A stretch of 64,000 nt of DNA from the human T2T-CHM13v2.0 reference genome, Homo sapiens, in the NCBI RefSeq assembly GCF_009914755.1, contig NC_060925.1; one strand, written 5' to 3'. Shown in pieces: positions 53,909-64,000 of this stretch. Every line of letters begins with the position of its first letter. Position 1 is the stretch's first letter. The translations under genes and the position numbers were made by a program. The notes beneath the pieces are model-generated. The model was given only the letters and a program-made list of their open reading frames with translations, did no database searches and was not told where the DNA came from.

Positions 53909-56900
53909 TCCTGTGGCTCTGGGCAAGATGGCCAACTAGATGCAGCCAGGTAGAATAGCTGCCACTGAGGGACAGAGACGACTGGCCCACTTTTAACAGA
54001 TTTTCAGAGGGGAGGCACTGAGAGTGAAGCAACCACAAAACAGAAAAAAGCAGGGATTGCAATCCCAATTTCAGACAAAGAGACTTTAAACCAACAAAAA
54101 TCAATAAAGACCAAAAAAAGCATTACACAGTGGTAAAGGATTCAACAAGAATACCCAACTGTCTTAAATATAAATGCACCCAACACAGGAGCACTCACAT
54201 TCATGAAGCAATTTCTCAGTGCCCTTCAAAGAGAATTAGACTCCCATACAGTAATAGTGGGAGACTTTAACACCCCACTGACAGTATTAGACAGATCATA
54301 GTGGCTGAAATTTAACACGTGTATTCAGGACTTGAAGTCAGCACAGAACCAAATGGACCTGATAGACATCTACAAAACTCTCTACCCAAAAACAGAGACT
54401 ATACATTCTTCTTTTAGCCACATGGCACAAACTCTGAAATCAATCACATGGTGGGAAATAAAACACTCCTCAGCAAACACAAAAGAACTGAAATCATAAC
54501 AACCAATCTCTCAGAAGACAGCACCATGAAATTTGAAATCACGACTGAGAAATTCACTCAAAACCATACAATTACATGGAAATTTAATAAGTTGCTCCTG
54601 AATGACTTTTGAGTAAATTATCAAATTAAGGCTGAAATCAAGAAGTTCATTGAAACTAATGAGAATGAACATACAACATACCAGAATCTGTGGACACAGC
54701 TAATGCAGTATTAAGAGGAAATTTATAGCACTAAATGCTCACATCAAAAAGTTAGAAAGATATCAATGTAACAACCTAACATCACAACTAAAAGAACGAG
54801 GAAACCAAGAAAAAACCAACCTCAAAGCAATCAGAAGACAAGAAATAACCAAAATCAGAGCTAAGCTAAAGGAGACTGAGATATAAAAAAAATCAAAATA
54901 TCAACAAATCCAGGAATTACTTTTAAAAAATAATAAAACAAATTGACTGCTAACTAGACTATAAAGAAGAAAAGAGAAAATATTCAAATAAACACAGTTA
55001 GAAAAGACAAAAGGGATATTCACAAATGAATTCTACCTGATGTACAAATAAGAGCTGGTACCATTCCTGCTGAAACTATCCCAAAAAGTTGAAGAGGAGG
55101 ACTTCTCCTAACTCATTCTATGAGGCCAGCATCATCTTGATACCAAAACCTTGCAGAGACACAAACACTAAAAAGTAAATTTCAGGCCAATATCCTCAAT
55201 GAAAATCAATGCACAAATTCTCAGCAAAATACTGGCAAACCTAATCCAGCAGCACATCAAAAAGCCTATCCACCAGAATCAAGTTGGTTTTATCCCTGGG
55301 GTGCAAGAATGGTTAAACATACACAAATCAATAAATTTGATTCATCACATAAACAGAACTAAAGACAAAAATCACATGATTGTCTCAATAGATGCAGAAA
55401 AAGCTTTCCATACAATTCAACACTGCTTCATGTTAAAAACGCTCAGTAAACTATATATTAACCAAATGAATATTCCTCAAAATAATAAGAGCCATCTGTA
55501 ACAAATCCACAGCCAATATGATACTGAATAGGGAAAAGCTGGAAGCATTCCCCTTGAAAACTGGCACAATACAAGGATGCCCTCTCTCACTACTTCTATT
55601 CAACATACTATGGAAAGTCCTGGCCAGAGCAATCAAGAAAGATAAGGGTAGAAAGGCGACCAAAATAAGAAGCAGGAAGTCAAACTATCCCTGTTTGCAC
55701 ACGACATGATTCTATATCTAAAAAACCCTATAGTCTCGGAACGAAAGCTCTTTCAGCGGATAAACAACTTCAGCAATGTTTCAGGATTCAAAAACAACAT
55801 ACAAAAATCAGTCAATCAATCACTAGCACTCCTATATACCAGCAACAGCCAAGCCAACAGCCAAATCAGGAACACAATCCCATTCACGACAGTGGCAAAA
55901 AGAATAAAATACCTAGGAAAACAGCTAACCAGGGAGGTGAAAGATCTCTACACAGAGAACTACAAAGCTTGCTGAACATCAGAGATGACACTAATAAATG
56001 GAAAAACATTCCAAGCTCATGGACAGGAAGAATCAATACAGTTAAAATAGCCAAACTCCTCAAAACAGTTAGCAATTTCAATGTGATTCCTCTCCTATCA
56101 AACTACCAATGACATTCTTCACAGAACCAAAAAAAAAAACAACAATTATACAATTCTATGAAACCAAAAATTAGCTTCAATAGCCAAGGTAATCCTAAAC
56201 AAAAAGAACAAAGCTGGAGTTATGATGCTACCTGACTGCAAACTATACTATAAGGCTGCAATAACCAAAATAGCATGGTACTAGTACAAAACAGACACAG
56301 AGACTAATGGAACAGAATAGGAAACCCAGAAATAAAGCAACACACCTGTAACTATCTGATCACTAAAAATGTGACAAAAACAAGCAATGTGGAAAGAACT
56401 CCCTATTCAATAAATGGTGCTGGGATAACTGTCTAGCCCTATGTATAAGATTGAAATTGGATGCCTTCCTTACACTATATACAAAAATCAACTCAAGATG
56501 AATTAAAGACTTAAACGTAGAGCGCTAGATTACAAATACCCTGGAAGACAACCTAGGCGATACCATTCTGGACATAGGGACAGGAAAATATTTTATGACA
56601 AAGACACCAAAAGTAATTGCAACAAAAGAAAAATTGATGAATAGGATAAACCAAAGAGCTTCTGCACAGCAAAGGAAACTATCAACAAAGTAAACAGACA
56701 ACCTACAGAATGGGAGAAAAGTTTCGTAAAGCATGCATCTGATAAAGTTCTAATATTCAGCATCTATAAAGAATTTAAACAAATTTACAAGAAAAAAAAA
56801 CAGCCCCATTAAACAGTGGGCAAAGGACAGAAATAGACACATTTCACAGGAAACATACATGTAGCCAATAAGTATATGAAAAACAAGCTCAACATCACTG

Positions 56901-57657
56901 ATCATTAGAGAAATGTAAATCAAAACCACAATGAGATACTAACTATTTCACACCAGTCATAATGGCTATTATTACAAAGTCAAAAAATAAAAAGTTCAGG
57001 AGAGGTTGCAGAGAAAAACGAATGCTTATACAGTGTTGGGGGAAGCGTCAATTAGATCAACCATTGTGGAAAACAGTGTGGCAATTACTCAAACAGCTAA
57101 AAACAGAACTACCATTCCGACCAGCAATCCCATTACTTGGTATATACCCAAAGGAATACAAACCATTCTGTGTCATAAAGATACATGCACATGTTATGTT
57201 CATTGCAGCACTATTCATAATAGCAGACATGGAATCAAACTAAGTGCCCATCAATGATAGACTAGATAAAGAAAATGTGATACATACACACCATGAAATA
57301 CTATGCAGCCATAAAAAAAGTGATCAAGTCCTTTGCAGGAACATGGGTAGAGCTACAGGCCATTACCCTCAGAAAACTAATGCAGGAACAGAAAATCAAA
57401 TACCACATGTTCTCACTTATAACTGGGAGCTAAATGCTGAGAAAACATGGACACATAGAGGGGAACAACAGACAATAGGGCCTATTGGAGGGTAAAGGTT
57501 TGGGGGACAGAGAGGATCAGGAGAAATAACTAATAGGTACTATGATTAATAACTGAGTGATGAAACAAGCTGTACAATAAACCCCGGTGACATGCATTAA
57601 CCGATATAACAAACCTGCACATGTACCCCTGATTTTAAAATAAAAAATTTTTAAAAA
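53909..57657 (+). mobile_element. Paralogous copy of the old primate L1 with different internal deletions (junctions ~54027 and ~55021)
   Basis: Same 5' junction as 37589; jumps from the 5' UTR straight into the ORF2 endonuclease region; RT remnants ([22 protein letters not shown]). Confidence 0.88.
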
Positions 57658-57659
57658 TA

Positions 57660-58470
57660 GCAGATACTGGACAGGATGCAAAGAAAAAAGAAGCCTATAT
57701 ACTTCTGGTGGGAATGTAAATTAGTACACCCGCAGTGGAAAACAATACAAAGATTTCTCCAAAAACTAAAAATAGAACTACCATTCAATCCTGCAATCCA
57801 ACTACTGTGTATCTATCCAAAGGAAAAGAAATCAGTCCATCAAACGGATGCCTGAACTCCCATGGTTATTGCAGTACTATTCACAATAGCAAAGATATGT
57901 AACCTAAGTGTCCATTAACGAATAAATGGAAAAAGAAAATATTGTATAGACACACAATGAAATCCTATTTTGTTGTAAAAAAGAATAAAATCATGTCATG
58001 TGCAGCAACATGGATGGAACTGGAGGTCATTATGTTAAGTAAAATAAGTCAAGCAGGGGAAGACAAATACTGCATGTTCTCACTCATCTGTGGGAGCTAC
58101 AAAAGTTGATCTATAAAGGTAGAGAGTAGAATGATAGTTACCAGAGGCAGGGAAAGATGTTCAGGGGGTGGAGAATGAAGAGATGCTGGTTAAATAGTAC
58201 AAACATAGAGAGACGTAAAAGAGGTAACTTTAAATATTTGATAGCGGAGTACAGTGACTACAGTTTACAACAATGTATTGTATTTTTCAAAATAGCAAAA
58301 AGAGAGGAATTAAAATGTTCCCAGGAAAGAAAGAAATGATAAATGCTCAAGGTCATGGATTCCCTAAATTTCCTGATATCCTGACGTGATCATTACACAT
58401 TTGATCCATGTAACAAAATATCACATGTACCCCAAAAATATGTACAAGTATTATGAATCAATTAAAAATA
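57660..58470 (+). mobile_element. L1MA-like 3' end, paralog of 43580-44370
   Basis: Collinear sequence. Confidence 0.8.
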
Positions 58471-59001
58471 ACAATAGGGAGTCTTCTTATTTCCTGTATT
58501 AGTTACATCCAAGCCACTCTCTTTCTGGAACAAATATCTTGGTGGTTGTAGCAGGGGGTGATGATGATTATGATGATGATGATGCTTCTGGGGGAAACGA
58601 TGATATATTGCTGCTTCTTAGCAGCAAATTCAATAAAATGACTGCTATTATGTGTCAGGTATTGTGCCAACCAAATTTCAGATAGAAATTAGATTTTATG
58701 ACTTAGACTATTTTATGATGTAAATATTGTTTGGTTCACATTGCAGTAAAAAGATAGACATTTGGAGAACTGGAATAATATGTTCTGCAAATCAATCAAA
58801 CACTAAGAAAAATAAAAGGGGTATAAAATGATACAGAAATAATACTTGCTATGACCCAAAATTCATATAGCAACAATTGTAAGATCTTCCCTGAGGATCA
58901 CAGAAAGATAGGAATAAATCTAAATGGTCATATCACATTGCTAATAAAGCAGATTTGAAAAGAAACAAAAGACCCATTCACAAATATATATGCATAGATA
59001 C

Positions 59002-59007
59002 TTTATT
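59002..59007 (-). terminator. SPRR2B: SPRR2B poly(A) signal AATAAA
   Basis: TTTATT on +, conserved context. Confidence 0.8.
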
Positions 59008-59381
59008 CAGGGAGTGAAAGAAAAGTGACAATTGCACAGGTGGTAGAAGCTCATGCCCAGGTGAAAGACAGACACAGAACACATCAACAGAATTCTCTGA
59101 TGGTTCCCAGGCACACAGCTGCAGCTCTTTCTGCTGAAGCTCTGGGAACTGACAAAGCCAAGGTTCCTTTGCTCAGTCTCCACCTGGACAGTGGCAGTAT
59201 GGCAGCCTTAGAAAGGAAACCTTTTGCTATCAGGGAACATCATGGGCAGATCACAGGCTAAGGGGAAAGAAGCTCCCTATGAATCCATGATAAGCTTTGA
59301 TGAGAAGATGAAGGTGGAGCTGTGGAACGAGGTGAGCCAATTATCCTTATCCTCTCATGCTCCTGATGAATCCTGAAGCTG

Positions 59382-59600
59382 TTACTTGCTCTTCGGTGGA
59401 TACTTTGGCTGGCAGGGTGGGGAAGGTGTCACAGGAGGATATTTCTGCTGGCACTGCTGAGGTGGGCAGGGCTGTGGACACTTTGGTGGTGGGCAGGGCT
59501 CAGGGCACTTCGGGGGTGGACATGGCTCTGGGCACTTTGGCGTGGGGCACACAGGAGGTGGCTGGCAGGGCTGCTTGCACTGCTGCTGTTGATAAGACAT
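59382..59600 (-). CDS. SPRR2B: Small proline-rich protein 2B, 72 aa
   Basis: ...[18 protein letters not shown]; gene order 2D-2A-2B; exon 2 starts at 59619. Confidence 0.9.
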   Translation of the reverse strand: MSYQQQQCKQPCQPPPVCPTPKCPEPCPPPKCPEPCPPPKCPQPCPPQQCQQKYPPVTPSPPCQPKYPPKSK

Positions 59601-60329
59601 CCTGCTGGAGTCTCAGAATCTGAAAGAAATGATACGACAGTGTTCACAGGAATGGACTCCTCCAGAGAGAGAAGCCAAAGCTTATGTAATACCATGGCAT
59701 ATTATTTCTCCAATCTCCAAAAATTTATTTAAACTCTTAGCTCTCTTTTCATGACTTCCTGTCTTCTCCTTTCCACTTTAGCAAGTTGTTTCATCAGCCC
59801 TAGGAATTCCTGCCTTTCCTCATACAATTTTTCCAAAGAAAACATCTCTATAATAAAGAAGCAAGCATGTTATTCCATGAAAATGACATCTTCAGGAAAG
59901 GCAGTCACAAGTTCAGACCTCCTGGGCAATCTCACAAGCTATTCCTATCATCATTATCTGTTGTAAAGCACCAGTGGGTTGACTTGGGCACAGAGCAAGG
60001 GCTGTTCAGGAAGAAGTGCTGGCTCTCACACCTGCTAAGACACAAACCTTTGAAAAGGATACCAGAAAAATATGGAAAAGAGAAAAATACTTTATCCTTT
60101 TCTTCCAACCAAAGCTTTCCTATTAACTTCTCTGTCCATATGAACATATAACTGTATATTTTTTTTAAAGCTGTGTAAAACACTCTATCACATAGTCTAA
60201 TCCTGTATTTCCATCCACTAAGTACCATCAAACCCATGATCATAGGTTTGAATACACCAAACTTGCTGGATTCAAATTAAATTCAACATTTCAAGGCAAA
60301 AAGAACAGAACTCAAGGAAGCAGACTAAC

Positions 60330-60370
60330 CAGTTTCTCCAAAGCAGATCGGTGCTAGAGTACCAGGAGTT
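60330..60370 (-). other. SPRR2B: SPRR2B non-coding exon 1 (TSS approximate)
   Basis: Donor CTG|GTTAGT at 60329; TATAAA at 60396-60401. Confidence 0.75.
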
Positions 60371-60570
60371 TAGGAGTTGGGCAGCAGAGAACCTCTTTAT
60401 AGGGCCAGCTACCCCACCCAGCAGGAAGTGGAACTGCCTAAACTGAGCTGGTCCAGCAATGTCCCAACCAAAATGCAAATTTATCCATAACTGGCATGAC
60501 AGGGATTCTCAAACTGGGAAACATCATGGAGGCCCTGCCTTAGATCTCAGTTTCAGTGACTTATGGCAAA
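60371..60570 (-). promoter_or_regulatory. SPRR2B: SPRR2B promoter
   Basis: TATA 60396-60401, CACCC box, Ets GGAA 60424-60427, octamer 60473-60480; AP-1 segment deleted. Confidence 0.75.
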
Positions 60571-62456
60571 GAGGGACTTGGGGGATTCTCTAACTGGTGG
60601 TCAAGGGCTCTCTTTCTTGATTGGGGGCAATGAATGCTTCCTGTCTTACACATTCCCTAAATCATAAAACTTCCTGCCCCGATCCACTTTAGCTGAATGC
60701 CATATTGTTGTACATGAACCCATCTCCACCCCTTCTTTCCTCGTACAATTTGCCAGTGTGCTAGAAGGACCTAACAAAGGCCTGAGTTCTGGCCACAGAT
60801 TTTTTTGCTAAGTTGTATGCCAGGTCAACTCTCCTCTCTGGAATGGTAAACAGAGAAGCATCATATCTACCTCTGGTTTTGAAGGCAGTGACCACATTGT
60901 GCCATCTGTTGACCCTGTTCAAGCCTGAAATTTTCTACTTCACCTCTGTCTTTCTCTCACAGAACCCCAGATTTTACCTATATTCCTTTTCCCTTTGAAG
61001 TTGTCTTACACACCTCTCATAGAGGCACTTGTGTCCCAGGACAGACACCAGAGTGAGATCCAGTCTCCCCAGTATGTTTGCTACTGCTGCTATCAAGGAT
61101 GTGTACTACAGCCTTTTTATTTATAGAAATGTACTTAGTCACCACATTAAGGAAATGGAGAGAAGGGAACCAAAGTTACAAGCATTCATTTTAAATCTAT
61201 GTATTGAACCATGCCTATATCTTTCCCTGTGAACATCCTATAGAGAACAAAATGCATAGACTTACAGTATCTTATGTAAACAGAGAAGAGAAGGGCTCTT
61301 CTCAGAGTAGAGAAGGTCAGAGGACTTAAAGTCTGAAATCTAGGGGAAAATATCAACTCAGTGTGATCCTATATGTTTGCTTTCTCTACCTCTCTTTCCA
61401 AACAGGTTTTAGTCTTTGAAAGACAGTATTATTTTATTCGTTTGTATGTTCTTCCTTTGTCTTTTCCCAAAGCCCTCTAGCCCCACAACCTGCTAGATTA
61501 TCAATTCACATCCCAATGTATACCTCTCATCTGTCCATTTTAGTACACATTGTTCACTCGATACGTATGTTGTCAATGTGAATGTCTTTCACATCTTTTT
61601 AAAACTCTTCCTGCAATCAATGGGGCTTACTAAGCATCATATATTAAACACTTAAAATACTGCTGCTGGAGCTTCCTTATCTGGGCCAATAATCAAGAAC
61701 CTTTCCAAGAATGTGGTTTTATAATTGGAGAAGAAGAAGGACAAGGAAGATAAGAAAAAAAGAGGAACAGGAGTGACTCAAATTCTTTGGAGCACTCACC
61801 AGCTACGCTCCAGATAGAGCAAGAGCGCTGAATCAACCCAGCATCACACCTCTCAGTTAAGCAAGTTATGTTTCCAGATCTGCAATTGCTCCAGTCTCTA
61901 AGGAAGGGCTTTTGGCCAAGATCACCATGGCCAGACACTACAGAAATAGAACTATCATGTCAACACCTTGAGTCCAGGTGTTTACAAACAGTGTTCTCAC
62001 CAAATGTGTCCATATGTCAAGTACAGTGGGTGTAGTAAAGGGATTTCACTCAATAGGTCCCCTACTCTTCCCCAGAGCCTCACATCACATCTACAACACA
62101 AATCCTTACAGAAATGTCTTTTTTCTGCCATGCAAAATTGGAGAATTGGCTGCTAAATGAGATCACTGTGTGAGATAATACAGTTTGGGTCATGCCCTGA
62201 GACTCCCCTTCTGAGAACACCCCACTCAAACAGGCTGTTTATCACAGCAGTGCAGGCACCAGAGCGGCAGCAGCCCTAGTGCCCCCAGCATCTCAGACAG
62301 GCTCACTTTACGAGTTGAGATGGTGAACTGGAAACTCAGAGTTCCTCACAGTTCAGCTACATGAAGAGTGGTCATAACATGAAGAGGAGCAGCTAACAGT
62401 CACACCTTCCCCAGGTTAGGACATCCAGGCCCTGAGACATAGAGCGAGGCATACTT

Positions 62457-62480
62457 CACACACACACACACACACACACA
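62457..62480. repeat. (CA)12 microsatellite
   Basis: Direct. Confidence 0.9.
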
Positions 62481-62654
62481 ACATGAGTCTTTATCTATCA
62501 TCTATCTACATGTCTAAAGAGGTTAGCTTTATCTTCTTTAAGAGTCTGATAGCCTTAGGTTCATTCCTATTACTTCTACTCCATAATTTTCTAAGGGATC
62601 ATTAAGTATGAATGATTAGTACTTAAAAATGACAGGAAAGAACAAATACTTTAC

Positions 62655-63005
62655 TTTTTTGTGATTCACAAAGTATATTTGAATTTTATTAATTATATAT
62701 TCACTCATTTGTGCGTGTGTGTGTTCATAATGCTATGAAATTTACATCACATATGTAGCTTTGGCTACTACTACAGTCAAGATACATAACTGTTCCATTA
62801 CCACAAGGCTCCTCTGCTCCCCACTTATAGCCACCCCTGCTTTCTCAAATACTTACCTCTAGTAAATATTACTCTTTTTTCTATCTCTATGATTTCATTA
62901 TTTTAAGAATATTTTAGTGAATTTATACATCATGCAACCTTTTAATAATTGTTCTTTTTTTCATATAACAATTTCACGGAGATCCATTCACTTTGTCCAC
63001 TTTTA
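62655..63005 (-). mobile_element. Old L1M (L1MC/MD-like) 3' fragment present only in unit 3
   Basis: 'actacagtcaagatacataactgttccattaccacaagg...ggagatccattcac' resembles an L1MC 3' UTR; absent at the matching sites ~32220 and ~48705. Confidence 0.6.
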
Positions 63006-63810
63006 ATTTTGTGTAATATTTGATTCAACATTTTATCTCACATTTCAATACTATACATTCCACTAAACAAAATTGTGCTGGCAAATAAAGATTTAAAATT
63101 AAATATGAAAAAATAAAGAAAGAAAATTATGGTAAAATATTCTTGATAAGCTCAGAGAAAGGGTAACTGCAATTCCCCATGCATATCTGTCTTCTGCTTT
63201 TATTTCTGAATGAAAGGCTAAGCATCCATTGTCCTTCCATGCTGAATCCAATAAATTACAGAACATTCATATGGTAGAATAGTGAAAATCATTAAGGTGG
63301 ATGTTTTGGAAATTTGTTTAGTATAATTTAAAACACTGGAATTGTACTAAAAACATATAAAGCATGACATCATTCTCATCAACATTTATTAAAAGATAGG
63401 AAACATATGAAACAATATATTAAATGTGATTATATACGGCTGGTGAAATTACAGATGATACCTATTTTCTTGTTTTACTTTTCAAAGTATTCTCCAAATG
63501 TTACCTATTACTGAGTAAGGAATCTTAAAATTCTACTTTGAAAAGTTGACAAGAGACAAGCATGTCCATTGCTCAGTTAGTCAGATAATGGTCTTTTTTA
63601 TTTTTTCAGCATTTTTGGGCAGACGCTAAAGGTGGAGCTGGATGGAAGCAGCAGTTGTTTTATTGTTATAGCTCTACATTTGATCACATCCCTTCTAAAA
63701 TCTCTCTTGAAGAAAACCCTGATAATATTCCCCATCCTCATAGCACTGACATACATACACTGAAGCCACAGACATGCAATAACCATATGTATCTATAAAA
63801 TAATTCACCA

Positions 63811-64000
63811 GGCCGGGAACGGTGGCTCATGCCTGAAATCCCAGCACTTCGGGAGACCAACGTGGGTTGATCACGAGGTCAGGAGTTCAAGACCAGCCTG
63901 GCCAAGATGGTGAAACCCAGTTCTACTAAAAATACAAAAATTAGCCAGGCGTGATTGCAGGGGCCTGTAATCCCAGCTACTCGGGAGGCTGAGGCACAGA
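63811..64000 (+). mobile_element. AluS (Sg-like) element, truncated by the window edge, unit 3 only
   Basis: ggccgggaacggtggctcatgcctg...tcacgaggtcaggagttcaagaccagcc; empty sites at ~33024 and ~49542. Confidence 0.9.

Larger units (their letters stand above)
58480..64000. repeat. SPRR2 tandem duplication unit 3 (SPRR2B), runs off the window
   Basis: Collinear with units 1 and 2. Confidence 0.85.

Overview
Primate (very likely human) genomic DNA from the small proline-rich protein (SPRR) cluster of the epidermal differentiation complex (1q21.3 in human; location from established knowledge). Four intact two-exon genes are visible, each with a non-coding exon 1 and the whole CDS in exon 2: SPRR1B (+, CDS 21086-21355), SPRR2D (-, 28892-29110), SPRR2A (-, 45280-45498) and SPRR2B (-, 59382-59600). 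The SPRR2 genes lie in tandem ~14-16 kb duplication units that share an old L1 but differ in Alu insertions and promoter motifs. The rest is mostly L1, LTR/ERV, Alu and MIR sequence. Main non-obvious observations: (1) a complete, unprocessed SPRR3-like gene at ~10.5-13.3 kb that keeps its Ets site, TATA box, exon 1, splice sites and poly(A) signal; it is hemmed in by three LTRs, and its lesions split the CDS into a 29-aa head ORF and an ATG-initiated 57-aa repeat/tail ORF; (2) several multi-jump templated insertions and inversions concentrated in the SPRR2A unit; (3) near-identical SPRR2 coding sequences with strongly diversified promoters (IRF, AP-1 and GRHL site turnover); (4) an ERV env relic. 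No new gene family or system could be demonstrated from sequence alone. Repeat subfamily names come from recognition of consensus sequences and need RepeatMasker confirmation; many repeat boundaries are approximate.
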